A stretch of DNA of 64,000 nt from a virus, in IMG/VR virus record IMGVR_UViG_3300011187_000003, positions 23,726 through 87,725 of that record; one strand, 5' to 3'. The notes beneath the pieces are model-generated. The model saw nothing but the letters and a program-made list of their open reading frames with translations. It ran no database searches and was not told the origin of the DNA. Made by a program: the position numbers and the translations under genes. Below, piece after piece: positions 1-9,889 of this stretch (the first letter of the stretch is position 1; each line of letters begins with the position of its first letter).

Positions 1-6
1 AACTTT

Positions 7-252
7 TTATTTTACTTTAAATTTATCAAAGTTATTGCTTTCAAAGGTTTTGCCTATCAATTTATCTGTTCTATCTTTTACAGTACCTTTTTTGACAGAA
101 TCTCTTCTTGCACTATAACAATATCCTGTATCTAAAAATCTTATATTATAATACTTAATGCCATGCTTATTTTTTCTATCTATACTTAAAACTTTATAAT
201 CATTCCCACTCTTAGAGGTTTTTATTTTATCAGTTAAGTCATCTCCTATAAT
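7..252 (-). CDS. Small basic protein, probable ATT start; resembles N-terminal repeat of phage HNH/AP2-type DNA-binding proteins; may be truncated
   Basis: Open frame not in the ORF track (…DDLTDKIKTSKSGNDYKVLS…KLIGKTFESNNFDKFKVK*); AGGAGTG just upstream of ATT/ATA. Confidence 0.4.
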   Translation of the reverse strand: MIGDDLTDKIKTSKSGNDYKVLSIDRKNKHGIKYYNIRFLDTGYCYSARRDSVKKGTVKDRTDKLIGKTFESNNFDKFKVK

Positions 253-473
253 AAATCACTCCTATCATAAAGTTCTTCATCAAAATAAATCTCATTAATA
301 TCTTTTTCTAAAAGCTTGTGATATTCATCTTCCAGCTGGGCGTATGTATGTCTAGCATGCTCAACTTCTCCCCTTTTCTCTAAGAGATAGTCTTTAACTA
401 TTTGCTTCTTCTCATCATCAAGCGCATGCCTAACATCACTCATAACTGTTCTTGCTCTTACCATTAATACCAC
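246..473 (-). CDS. Hypothetical protein
   Basis: AAGGA RBS-like site; in operon context. Confidence 0.55.
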   Translation of the reverse strand: MVLMVRARTVMSDVRHALDDEKKQIVKDYLLEKRGEVEHARHTYAQLEDEYHKLLEKDINEIYFDEELYDRSDLL

Positions 474-476
474 TCC

Positions 477-1187
477 TTAAAGTTTATTAATATTTTTGTC
501 AACAACATCTGAAGGTAATAGCTTTAAAACCTTTTCAGCAACCATCTCAGTCCTCTGTACATCTCTTCTGCAGTGGGTGATTACATCATCAAGCTTACCT
601 TGTTCAATAAGCTCTTTAGTTTTAGCCCCATCTATGTACTCCTCTTGCTGGTAAGGGTCAAAGAAAAACTGGTAAACAGATTGTAAATCATTAGAGGAGA
701 TTGTTTTGTCCTCTTCATAATCTAACCAGTCAACATTTTTCATTTTAGTTAGTTTTTTATATGTTTTAGGTTTTGTGGTATACTCAACATCATTTGCTTT
801 TGCTAACTTTTTAACATCAGACGCTCTCAATCTTGACTTTGGCACAGGCTCAGTAACATTGGTGCTAGTATTAAAATACCTCTTTACGAGTGGGTAAATA
901 TCAATGTGATGTAAACCATCCATTGACCATTGTATCCCCTTTAAGCCTGCCTTAGTGCGCAAGAATGGGAAATCAAATCCTCCCTGATAATTCTCACCAT
1001 TGTAGGTAACCACCAAAGTATCCCATCTACTAAGCTGTGACATAAAATTCATTAACCCTTGAAGGGTAGTATTAATCTCATTAGCATTTCTTTTCCTTGT
1101 CACACTGCAAACAAAGTCATTGTCAATTGCTGATAGGCCAGTAGTTTCAATATCAAAAGTCGTTAAATTCCACCTTCCAAAACTCAT
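477..1187 (-). CDS. DEDD/RNase H-fold 3'-5' exonuclease (PolB-exonuclease/YprB-like)
   Basis: ExoI TFDIETTG, ExoII YNG…FDFPFL, ExoIII HC..DV; RBS AGGGGAG before MSFGRW. Confidence 0.8.
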   Translation of the reverse strand: MSFGRWNLTTFDIETTGLSAIDNDFVCSVTRKRNANEINTTLQGLMNFMSQLSRWDTLVVTYNGENYQGGFDFPFLRTKAGLKGIQWSMDGLHHIDIYPLVKRYFNTSTNVTEPVPKSRLRASDVKKLAKANDVEYTTKPKTYKKLTKMKNVDWLDYEEDKTISSNDLQSVYQFFFDPYQQEEYIDGAKTKELIEQGKLDDVITHCRRDVQRTEMVAEKVLKLLPSDVVDKNINKL

Positions 1188-1260
1188 CCTATCTCCCCTT
1201 TTCCTCTTACTATTATTATACACAAATCGTTATCTTTTTTCAACCATTATTTTACACTTA

Positions 1261-2208
1261 TTACAATTTATCTCTATTCTTGTAACATTTATCAAAAATA
1301 CTTTTATCTTCAATATCAGCAATGTCTTTGTATTCTTCAGGCAATTCTATTACTTCAACATTCATCAATGCCAGTATCTTTTTAATAGCCTTGTTTCTAC
1401 CATTCACACCTTCTTCATCTGAATCAAAGCATAGCACAGCAGTGCTTCCCAACTGTCTAAGTATCCATTTTCTCTCACCTAAGTCATTATTACCTAGAGC
1501 TACAGCATTTTTATAACCCCATTGAGCCAACCTCAGTACAGATTTTTCATCCTCAACAACAATCACTTCATTAGTATCTAGCTGGCTAACTCTATGTGCA
1601 TTATAAAATGTCTTTGCTTTACTGCCACCTTTTTTAGTTTTATACTTAGCATCATGCTCATCAGTAACATCTCTCCCAGCTACAGCAACTAAATCACCAT
1701 CAATATTACGCCAAGCAAATATTACTCTGTTGTGGAGGTCGTCAAAAGGGTCAGCACTATATCCCACATCATATTCTTCCAGTATTTCCTGCGAGAAGCC
1801 TTTGTCTAGCAGGTATTGGTGAGTATACTGTGAATACTCCTCAACAAGATTTTCATTAATGGTTTGATTATCTTCTTTGTCAACTAACTCTAGCAATGAT
1901 TCTTGAGTTTTGGTTTGGCTATCAAAAACTATTTTCTGATTACTAAAACTTTCTCCAGTGATTATCTCTACTGCTTCTTTAAAGGTCACACCCTCATATT
2001 CTCTAACAAAGTCTATGGTGTCACCACTTGCACCACAACCCTGACAATGATAAACATTCTTGTCAGTATTGATAAAGAGGGAGGGGTCATTGTCGTCATG
2101 AAAGGGACAAACAGCCTTATACTCATCCCCCATTGCCCTTTCTATATCTATGTATTGCTCAATCACTCCCTCAATTGCTATATCATTCTTTATTTCACTG
2201 ACCTTCAT
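1261..2208 (-). CDS. dnaG: DNA primase (CHC2 zinc finger + TOPRIM)
   Basis: CPFHDD.DPS…HCQGCGASGD; VVEDE and FDSDEEG TOPRIM motifs. Confidence 0.93.
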   Translation of the reverse strand: MKVSEIKNDIAIEGVIEQYIDIERAMGDEYKAVCPFHDDNDPSLFINTDKNVYHCQGCGASGDTIDFVREYEGVTFKEAVEIITGESFSNQKIVFDSQTKTQESLLELVDKEDNQTINENLVEEYSQYTHQYLLDKGFSQEILEEYDVGYSADPFDDLHNRVIFAWRNIDGDLVAVAGRDVTDEHDAKYKTKKGGSKAKTFYNAHRVSQLDTNEVIVVEDEKSVLRLAQWGYKNAVALGNNDLGERKWILRQLGSTAVLCFDSDEEGVNGRNKAIKKILALMNVEVIELPEEYKDIADIEDKSIFDKCYKNRDKL

Positions 2209-2210
2209 AG

Positions 2211-2567
2211 TTACACTCTGTCATTTACTTCAGGGTTTTTAGCAACATAGACTTTACTATTGAACTTAATTACCACTACATCACCTGAACGAACAGTCAT
2301 GTCTCCATCATGCTCATATGCCCTTGAGACCATACCATCAATCTCTTCATCACTAAGCTCAACACCAGTAACTGGTTTGAAATTATCAGGATACACATCC
2401 ACAGCCTCAACCTCTGGTACTTTGTACATGTTATCATCAGGGCTATTAATAAGGGATACTACATAATCATCTCCTTTATTATATTCTAACTTTGCATATG
2501 AACCTACTAGTTTTTTCCTAACATATGGTAAACAACTATCAACATCCTTAACCAAAACAACTCCCAT
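2211..2567 (-). CDS. Hypothetical protein
   Basis: AGGAGTG RBS; lies between helicase and primase. Confidence 0.65.
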   Translation of the reverse strand: MGVVLVKDVDSCLPYVRKKLVGSYAKLEYNKGDDYVVSLINSPDDNMYKVPEVEAVDVYPDNFKPVTGVELSDEEIDGMVSRAYEHDGDMTVRSGDVVVIKFNSKVYVAKNPEVNDRV

Positions 2568-2600
2568 ATATTATTCACTCCTCTTAGTATTATTTCACAT

Positions 2601-3995
2601 CTATTGTTCTACAAATAATAATCTTTCTTGGTCTAAATTCATCTCAATACATTCTCCATTGTTAGTGAAGTCATGCTCACTACCATGTCTATTTTTCTTG
2701 ATTACAAAAGCATAGTCACCCATCAATAAGTGTTCTTCTCTCTCTTCATTAGAGATTTTCTTTAAGATAGCATAAGCTGTTGAATGTCTCTCAATATCCT
2801 GTGATTCTGCAGAGAACATTTCCTGATATGTCTTTGCCTGACTAGCTGTTGCCACCCAAATACCTAGTGGGTCAGCGATATCTTCCTTCATTCTATTAAC
2901 AACATCACCTAACCAGTGGCGTAAAGCTTCATCACTGCCACCAAAGGCAGAACTACGCTTAACATAGTCCCAAACAAATCCTTGAATATCATATTTATTT
3001 TTGTAGTATCTAGCTCTACGAACAAGTTTATCTGCTGAGTATCCTCTAATTAAGTCTATGTAGATGGGGGATTCTTCAAGGGTTTTTACTGCATCAAGTA
3101 CTCTCTTCCTCATCTTTTCATTACCCTTCTTGTTATAAATACCATTCTCTATGTAGTTTGGTGGTAGGCCAGCTATCTCAGCTACCATTCTGTCTCTCTG
3201 CTCATGTTTAGGCATCTCATTAGCTCCCCAATATACTGGTTTACCATCATCAACACCAACTTTTTTAACTATATTCTTCAGCATGATTGATTTACCCACA
3301 CCAGTTTGAGCATTGATTATAAGGACACTACCATCTCTTAATAGCCCCTGTGAAAAGGTATCAACTTGTGGGTATGGTGAAGGCTGACCAGTAAATCCTT
3401 TATTGTTGACTTCTCTGCTTAGGTACTCATCCCTCATACCTTCAGCAATATGCTCTGCTTGGTGAGTTTGATTAGTATACTCATCAGTAACCTCAAGTGT
3501 TGTCCTCTCAGCAAGGCCTAATACTTCCTCTAAGCTCATCTTTTGATAATCCTGAATAAATTTATCCTTGAGATTATCATTCCTTGCTATCAAATCATTA
3601 ATAGCAACATCTTTCTGAAGGTCTTTTATGTACATATCTATACTACTAGGGTCAACATCAAGCTTCTTAAGTGTTCTTATGTATTTTGATATTGCCTGTT
3701 CAGCATTATCATTCTTGTCACCTAACTCTTCCTCAAAAATTTCTCTAACATTATGGAATTTATCTATATAATTAATAAGTGTTACTTCATCAAACCTACC
3801 ATGCTCCATATCTTTCTTTCTTGCTATGTAGTCCAGTATCTCAAACAATGACCTGTTGTACTCAACATCAGTGTACTTGTCAAAATCCTCTTCAGTTAAT
3901 TCAACCTGATAAATAAGTGGTGGATTCTGAGCAATACAAGCTAAGATGCTTTGTTCAATAATCTTAGTGTCTATTATCTCATCCTGCACAAACAT
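2601..3995 (-). CDS. dnaB: Replicative DnaB-like helicase
   Basis: Walker A AQTGVGKS, EM motif, VWDY Walker B, ASQ and KNRHG motifs. Confidence 0.9.
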   Translation of the reverse strand: MFVQDEIIDTKIIEQSILACIAQNPPLIYQVELTEEDFDKYTDVEYNRSLFEILDYIARKKDMEHGRFDEVTLINYIDKFHNVREIFEEELGDKNDNAEQAISKYIRTLKKLDVDPSSIDMYIKDLQKDVAINDLIARNDNLKDKFIQDYQKMSLEEVLGLAERTTLEVTDEYTNQTHQAEHIAEGMRDEYLSREVNNKGFTGQPSPYPQVDTFSQGLLRDGSVLIINAQTGVGKSIMLKNIVKKVGVDDGKPVYWGANEMPKHEQRDRMVAEIAGLPPNYIENGIYNKKGNEKMRKRVLDAVKTLEESPIYIDLIRGYSADKLVRRARYYKNKYDIQGFVWDYVKRSSAFGGSDEALRHWLGDVVNRMKEDIADPLGIWVATASQAKTYQEMFSAESQDIERHSTAYAILKKISNEEREEHLLMGDYAFVIKKNRHGSEHDFTNNGECIEMNLDQERLLFVEQ

Positions 3996-4003
3996 CCCTC
4001 CTA

Positions 4004-4435
4004 TTAAACTGTTTTTCCTTTTGAATATAAGATATATGATGTATTAATTGTAAAAAGGAGCATCAGATTTCTGTTAGATAATTTTCCAGAACCATCTAAG
4101 TGAAGCTCACAAAAACTATTTATCATAGAGGCATACTTCTTTTTGTCGAGCCTTCTTAGTTTATATGTTTTTTTAAACTGCAAGAAAAGCTCTATAATTT
4201 CTTGCTCATATAACCCTCTTTCTAGTAATAGAGAAATAATATCTTTATTGAAGCTTTGACATGTTGCAGTTATGTCTATATCAGCCTTAAGATACAAGTC
4301 TAAAAGAGTTTTATCTAAGCCTCTTACAACACTTGCTACCATCTCACTAGAGGTAGTTCTGTGTCCTAGCTCACCAAAATAACCTCTTAAAATATCAATA
4401 TAGTCATGTGTTAAGCTTCTTGTAGTGGTCATCAT
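4004..4435 (-). CDS. Hypothetical protein
   Basis: Start overlaps upstream stop; GGGGAG RBS. Confidence 0.65.
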   Translation of the reverse strand: MMTTTRSLTHDYIDILRGYFGELGHRTTSSEMVASVVRGLDKTLLDLYLKADIDITATCQSFNKDIISLLLERGLYEQEIIELFLQFKKTYKLRRLDKKKYASMINSFCELHLDGSGKLSNRNLMLLFTINTSYILYSKGKTV

Positions 4436-5070
4436 ATTTTACTCCCCTTCCTGTTTTGTTCCATTAATTTTGAGTGATAAGTAATTCTTCCCAGCACTTC
4501 CATAACATATTTTCTCCATCTCTCTTTATTTTCATCAACTGAAGGGTTGTTATAAGACATAATTGCAGTAAATCTATCCTTCTTTTGTTGTAGCTGGTGG
4601 TAGTAATAGTACACAGCAAGCTTAGCCTGAGTATTAGTATCTTCTGCAAGTAAATCTCTGTCGTATTTCCAGCCTCTGCTGTTAGCAATTCCTTTTGCTG
4701 TATTCCACTGCATAGAGAATACACCAAATGATGTACCATTATCTATATAATTATTATAATTGACAAAACCAGTCTCCAACTCAACAATTGCAAAAATATC
4801 CTTAGCAACTCTCTTATAATGAACTTCAGGGTACATATAATTTAGTTTTTTGCTCCACTCAATAATAGAATCAACCCTTTTTTGTGCCTGTTTAAATGTC
4901 ATAGCATCAGCTGTATCCAATTCAGGCCTATTTCTTACCCACTTATCATTGATAAACATTGCCCTCTTAATTCCAAACTCTCTAAAAGAAGCTGTTTGAC
5001 CCACAACTGTAAATATCAACACAAGCAATGCTAATAGGGCTATAGTTAACGCTTCCTGTTTAGATAACAT
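4432..5070 (-). CDS. Membrane-anchored lytic transglycosylase-like (SLT fold) protein
   Basis: N-terminal hydrophobic helix; AIVELETGF, SFGVFSMQ..TA and AIMSYN motifs. Confidence 0.7.
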   Translation of the reverse strand: MLSKQEALTIALLALLVLIFTVVGQTASFREFGIKRAMFINDKWVRNRPELDTADAMTFKQAQKRVDSIIEWSKKLNYMYPEVHYKRVAKDIFAIVELETGFVNYNNYIDNGTSFGVFSMQWNTAKGIANSRGWKYDRDLLAEDTNTQAKLAVYYYYHQLQQKKDRFTAIMSYNNPSVDENKERWRKYVMEVLGRITYHSKLMEQNRKGSKI

Positions 5071-5136
5071 AATATACCTCCTTATAATTTAAAGGGAGAG
5101 AAAGGCCTGTTTTGGCCTTCCTATCCCAATATGTAC

Positions 5137-6096
5137 TTACAGTAATTCTTCATATTCCTCTGACTCAATAATACCTTGGTAACTATCAATTTCCTCAATA
5201 GTTAACTCATTAACTTTTTCTTTGCCAAACTTCTTCTTCAGAATCTTTCTGCTTTCAGCTGGCTTAATGCCTGCATCTTTGATTTTAGAGATTAACTCTT
5301 TTTTCTTAGGCTTTTTGTCTTGCCTTTTGTAATAATCATCAATCATCTGCTGAGTTACACCTTGTTCTTCATTGTTTCTCTCAATGGCCTCATCAAAGGC
5401 TTCTTTTAGCTCATCAAAATCTAGGTCAATCTTATCTGTATTGAAGTCTAAGCGTGACCCTGCTTCCTGATGATTGGTAGGTCTAACAAAGAGCTTTCTC
5501 TGCCCTTCTTCATCAAAGTCAGCAAGTAAGAAGATGTCAGTCATATTCTTAAGGAACTTACCTGCTTTGCCACCTACATCTAAGTCAATCTTATTTTTCT
5601 CCCCACCTAAACCATCTTTCTCAGTGGTGGTTTTCATATGTGCTACAAAGATTACACCAAACCCATTTGATAAGAGTTTTCTAATGATACCTTCAACTTC
5701 ATCATTGACGAACCCCCAACCCTTACCAAAATCTCCTATATCAGCTGGAGAATCAACATTATATTTCTTTTTGATATAATCCTTAGCCAAATCATATGGC
5801 ACGCCAAATGGGTCGAATATGGCTGTTTTAAAGCCATATCCATCATTCTCAATAAACTCATTCACACCAGCCTTAAAAACTACCCATGCATGTTTATTTA
5901 ACTCATTTGATTTCTTCATTACATCAAACTCATGTGTTAATAGTCCTGATGTAGATGGTTCAAACTTAAAGTGGTATGGTTTTGGAAAGTCATTTGCTAG
6001 TGTAGTCTTACCAACCTTATTTCTACCTGTTATTACCCAAATATACTCTTCCATCTTTTGCTTTGGGATGGAAGGTTCTAAATCAAGAATACCCAT
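5137..6096 (-). CDS. AAA_24/Sak4-like ATPase (ssDNA annealing/recombination)
   Basis: Walker A GRNKVGKTT, GVIFVAH motif; adjacent to SSB. Confidence 0.75.
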   Translation of the reverse strand: MGILDLEPSIPKQKMEEYIWVITGRNKVGKTTLANDFPKPYHFKFEPSTSGLLTHEFDVMKKSNELNKHAWVVFKAGVNEFIENDGYGFKTAIFDPFGVPYDLAKDYIKKKYNVDSPADIGDFGKGWGFVNDEVEGIIRKLLSNGFGVIFVAHMKTTTEKDGLGGEKNKIDLDVGGKAGKFLKNMTDIFLLADFDEEGQRKLFVRPTNHQEAGSRLDFNTDKIDLDFDELKEAFDEAIERNNEEQGVTQQMIDDYYKRQDKKPKKKELISKIKDAGIKPAESRKILKKKFGKEKVNELTIEEIDSYQGIIESEEYEELL

Positions 6097-6161
6097 ATAT
6101 TTATCACTCCTATTTTTTTAATTTATAATATTATTTTACTACTCTTTGTTATACTTTACAT

Positions 6162-7082
6162 TTAATAGCCAGATTCAAAATTGTTATCAAAGCCATCTTC
6201 AAACCCACCTAACTCATCAACATCAGCCTGCTCATGCACTGTACCAATAAAGCCAACTTCAAGCTCATTTAAGTTACCTTGAACGATATCATACTTGTTA
6301 GTGATTACCTCAGTGTTGATATCACAGCCAACTGTAATATTATCATACTGCTTAATCTTATCATCAAACTGTTCAGCGATATCACCATATGCTACTAAGT
6401 GGAATAGCTCTAAGTTATATAATCCATCCTTAGCCTCATCTAGTTTCTCAGCTAGCATGTAAAGCTTCTTGATATCAGTGGTATCCTCAATCTTTTCTTT
6501 TAACCTAATGATTTCTGCATCAACATCATCATTTGTATCTATGTAGTATTCAACTTCATTAAGTAAGACTTCCTGTCTAGTCATATCATCATTGTTCTCA
6601 CCTTTTTCAACATCAAACTGGTCAAAAATACCAAGTGTGATTTCAGCTTTAGGGGTTTTTTCTTCAACTTCCTGACCTCTAACTTCTTTAACAAGGTTAA
6701 TCTCTTTAGTTACTACATCTCCTGAAAGTCTTGCAGTAGCCATTTCTTCAGAAGTTTCAGAGACCTTATCAATACCATATACTTTATTTTTTCTCTTGCT
6801 AATCATTCTATTAGCAATTCTTCTCTGCCAATCTCCATTGAACTTACTTTCATCTAGCTCTCCACTGATGCGATACTTATCACCATCTACAAGGCTCTTA
6901 AGGGCATCCTTTACAATACTAAGTGGTTTACCATTATCTTTCTTTTCCCACATCTGCACAGTAATATTATTACCATCTGCATTGAGTCTAACTTTGCCAA
7001 GTGGGGTACCAATATCTGTATTGTACCCAATATCCTCAACTGTTCCTACTACCTTTGCACTATTCCCAAATCTACTATCCAT
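6162..7082 (-). CDS. ssb: Single-stranded DNA-binding protein (OB folds, acidic tail)
   Basis: Beta-rich OB-like segments, C-terminal DELGGFEDGFDNNFESGY, next to Sak4-like gene. Confidence 0.6.
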   Translation of the reverse strand: MDSRFGNSAKVVGTVEDIGYNTDIGTPLGKVRLNADGNNITVQMWEKKDNGKPLSIVKDALKSLVDGDKYRISGELDESKFNGDWQRRIANRMISKRKNKVYGIDKVSETSEEMATARLSGDVVTKEINLVKEVRGQEVEEKTPKAEITLGIFDQFDVEKGENNDDMTRQEVLLNEVEYYIDTNDDVDAEIIRLKEKIEDTTDIKKLYMLAEKLDEAKDGLYNLELFHLVAYGDIAEQFDDKIKQYDNITVGCDINTEVITNKYDIVQGNLNELEVGFIGTVHEQADVDELGGFEDGFDNNFESGY

Positions 7083-7143
7083 TATTATCCTCTCCTTTAA
7101 ATAATTTTATTAAAAGACTTATGTACAAGAACATTTATGTTAA

Positions 7144-7169
7144 TCAGAGGGGAGGGTAGACCCCTCTGA
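7144..7169 (-). terminator. Stem-loop after the small ORF
   Basis: TCAGAGGGG…CCCCTCTGA 9-bp stem; weak U tract. Confidence 0.45.
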
Positions 7170-7173
7170 AGGC

Positions 7174-7344
7174 TTAACTGAGAACCTCAATTGCTTCTAA
7201 TAACTTCTCTTCTTCCTTATCTTCTATGTCCCCCCCAAATTTTCTCAGGGTCATTATACAAAACTCTTTGCATTGCTCAATTACTTTTGCTCCTAGTGAC
7301 CTATTTTCTGATAGGCAATTACATTTATCATCTTCTTTTTCCAC
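7174..7344 (-). CDS. Small hypothetical protein (56 aa, GTG start)
   Basis: AAGGAGTGG RBS, own promoter at 7417-7445, open frame VEKEDDKCNC…IEVLS. Confidence 0.55.
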   Translation of the reverse strand: MEKEDDKCNCLSENRSLGAKVIEQCKEFCIMTLRKFGGDIEDKEEEKLLEAIEVLS

Positions 7345-7486
7345 TACAGACCACTCCTTGTTGAGATTTTGTTGTATTTTTTATCATTTGTCCCCAATTT
7401 TACCCTGTCTAATATTATTATACAAGTGAGACACTAATTTTTCAACCAGATTTTGGGATTTTTTTTGAGAAATTTTTAATTAACTA

Positions 7487-8530
7487 TTATTTTTGGTTTA
7501 ATTTCCTTGCTCTGAGATGAGGGAACAGCTGTTTTTTACCTTCCACTCTGCTTTTTGCAAAGTCATCCAGTAATGTAAAGAAGTATCCAATATTAGCTCC
7601 TTTTTTAGCTGTCATCTCCAGTGCTTCAAAAACTAAGGTATTGTCAAAGTAATATCCAAAAGCTATCTCCATCTGTTTCAATGTTGGTAGCTGGCTAAAT
7701 GTTTTATCAAACTCTTTTATAAATTCTACACCTAGCTCCTCAGAAATATATTTAGGCAAGTTATCCACAAGCTGTTTAATTTTAATTTCAAACTCCCCTA
7801 GTTCTTTTTCTTTTTCTTTAATTCTTGTTAATAAAGAACTATGGTTCTTCTTTGTGGGGATGTTTTGACACAGTGCGAATACATCCCCCTGCGAATCTCC
7901 ACATGGGGAACTATTATCCCCCTGCGAGGATTCCTGTTGTGACAGTGTTCCATCCACTTTTTCATCTTTTTGGTCACATGGGGAACTATTATCCCCCTGT
8001 GATTTTGCCCCCTGTGGATAACTTTCAGGTGGAGACTCAATTTTACCCTGTGGATAACTTTCTTCTACATCATCTTCAGGGAATAAAGAGTAAAAAGAAC
8101 TGGTAAAATTACCTAACTTTTTTTCAAGAATTTCATCCCTTGCTTTTTTGTTAACATCCTCTCCCTTTTTATTCCTTTTAACAGGGAGTCTTTCATATGC
8201 TAATTCTTTAGTCCATAGTTTTCTTTTGGTATAGATGTAACCTTTCTTCACCAAAAATGGGATTCCTTTCTTTTTTATATAGCCTTTACTATACCCTGTT
8301 TCTTTTGCAATGGTTTTTCTACTGACCCAGCAAGTGCCATCTGCATCCATATGAAGGGCAAGGCAGATAAATACTGAGAGAGAGCAACCCTTAAGCTCAT
8401 TCAACTGTTGTTCTCTAAACAATGTATTAAGCTTAATATAAACATTCCTTGAGAACTCTTTATCTTGATTTAACCTGCCCTCTCTACCAAAGCTAACTGT
8501 AATATCTTTTTTCTCTGTCACTGGCATCAC
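7487..8530 (-). CDS. Replication initiator (N-terminal winged HTH, C-terminal DnaD-like) with internal iterons
   Basis: VFICLALH…CWVSRKTIAKETGYS HTH; EALE…YFFTLLDDF DnaD-like end; internal SQGD/PQG repeats. Confidence 0.75.
   Translation of the reverse strand: MMPVTEKKDITVSFGREGRLNQDKEFSRNVYIKLNTLFREQQLNELKGCSLSVFICLALHMDADGTCWVSRKTIAKETGYSKGYIKKKGIPFLVKKGYIYTKRKLWTKELAYERLPVKRNKKGEDVNKKARDEILEKKLGNFTSSFYSLFPEDDVEESYPQGKIESPPESYPQGAKSQGDNSSPCDQKDEKVDGTLSQQESSQGDNSSPCGDSQGDVFALCQNIPTKKNHSSLLTRIKEKEKELGEFEIKIKQLVDNLPKYISEELGVEFIKEFDKTFSQLPTLKQMEIAFGYYFDNTLVFEALEMTAKKGANIGYFFTLLDDFAKSRVEGKKQLFPHLRARKLNQK
7883..8062. repeat. Iteron-like direct repeats with DnaA boxes inside the initiator gene (putative origin)
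   Basis: CACATGGGGAACTATTATCCCCCTG at 7900-7924 and 7975-7999; CCCTGTGGATAACTTTC twice; DnaA boxes at 7761, 8013, 8049. Confidence 0.75.
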
Positions 8531-8594
8531 CTGCTTCCTTTTTTTAGCATCTCACTTGTTCTACATATTACTATATCAAGCACACTATAATTTA

Positions 8595-9182
8595 TCAAGC
8601 ATAACTAAGAATTTTTTTCAGTTTTTTCTTAATCTTTTTCATTCTCTTCCCAATTGCCTGATGTGTGATGCCTAGCCTTTTGCCAATCTCTTCATATGTG
8701 CATTGTTCATAGTAATAACATTCTAACACGAACAACTGTTCACTGTCAAGCTTATCCTTTAGGAAATCAACTACACTATTATTAAGAGCAGTGGCCTCTG
8801 TATCCTTATCTGATTCCACCTCTAATGTTTTATCATCCTCATACTCATAGTTCAAACTCAGACAATCATCAATAGCATCATTGCCTCTCTCTATGTAGTT
8901 AATCTTCCTAGATTCTAAAACATGCTTTAAATATGTATTAAATCTTGTTGACCTATTAGGATTATAATTATTGACACCAACTTCAATAGTCTTTAACATT
9001 AAATGTTGTAGTAGGTCATCATCTAAACCTCTCCTTGTTGTAGCAACCTGCTTGATAGTACCTATATTATTACTGATTATCTTATGCAACTCATCTCCAT
9101 CACCTGCTTTGGCCTTCTCCCAATTAACCTCCTTTTTTTCACTGTCAAATCTGTAATTGGACAAAGAGAAAACTTTACTCAT
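8595..9182 (-). CDS. Sigma-70 family RNA polymerase sigma factor
   Basis: Region 2 YNPNRSTRFNTY; region 4 HTH TYEEIGKRLGITHQAI. Confidence 0.8.
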   Translation of the reverse strand: MSKVFSLSNYRFDSEKKEVNWEKAKAGDGDELHKIISNNIGTIKQVATTRRGLDDDLLQHLMLKTIEVGVNNYNPNRSTRFNTYLKHVLESRKINYIERGNDAIDDCLSLNYEYEDDKTLEVESDKDTEATALNNSVVDFLKDKLDSEQLFVLECYYYEQCTYEEIGKRLGITHQAIGKRMKKIKKKLKKILSYA

Positions 9183-9215
9183 TTATTTTTTGCCCCCTCT
9201 TTTGATGCTATAATT

Positions 9216-9318
9216 ATGATACCACATTTGACACAGTTTGTCAAGTAATATTATAAATCTAATTTATTTCCATTTTTTTCAAACAATACTTGACAATTTT
9301 TATAAGTTATACTATAAT
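9216..9318. promoter_or_regulatory. Divergent promoters of the repressor/sigma switch with a palindromic operator candidate
   Basis: Minus TTGACA-17-TATCAT; plus TTGACA-17-TATAAT; TTGACACAGTTTGTCAA palindrome overlapping the leftward -35. Confidence 0.65.
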
Positions 9319-9390
9319 ATAGTTAAGTTGAATGAATCATCACAACACTTCAACAAAGTTCTACAAAGTTTTAAAAGGAGATGATTAACA

Positions 9391-9795
9391 ATGGCTATCC
9401 AAGAGAAGGTAGACCAAAGAAAATTAAATAAAGAGGAATTTGCCAAGCTAGTAGGTGAAAAGATTAAGTACTACAGAAATGAAAGTGGATTAACACTAAG
9501 AGGAATTGCTAGAAGAACTGAGTATACTGCAGGATATATAGGATTATTAGAAAAAGGTGAGGCAGTACCTAACAGTTATGTATTAGTCCAGCTAGCAGAT
9601 GTAATGGGTATTCCTATTAATTACCTCTTAGGACAGGATGATATCAACCATGAAAAAAATAAGCTCCAAGACCCTGTATTAACTAATCCTAAAAATGAAG
9701 AGTATATTAATGTTATGAAGTACTTAATCTCTAAAGGAATTTCTCCTGAAAAAATCAAGCAAGCCATTGAGTTTGTAGAGGGAATGAATAACTAA
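9391..9795 (+). CDS. XRE-family HTH transcriptional repressor
   Basis: IKYYRNESGLTLRGIA…YIGLLEKG..VP..LA..MG; only plus-strand gene in the left arm. Confidence 0.88.
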   Translation: MAIQEKVDQRKLNKEEFAKLVGEKIKYYRNESGLTLRGIARRTEYTAGYIGLLEKGEAVPNSYVLVQLADVMGIPINYLLGQDDINHEKNKLQDPVLTNPKNEEYINVMKYLISKGISPEKIKQAIEFVEGMNN

Positions 9796-9849
9796 TGAAT
9801 GTTAGTGGAGTAAAAAGAACAATGATGAATAAAAAGCCACCTGATTGAT

Positions 9850-9889
9850 AAAGGGATATACTCTATTATGAGTATACCCCTTATTTTTT
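9850..9889. terminator. Bidirectional terminator between convergent repressor and recJ
   Basis: GGGATATACTC…GAGTATACCC stem with T/A tracts. Confidence 0.6.
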
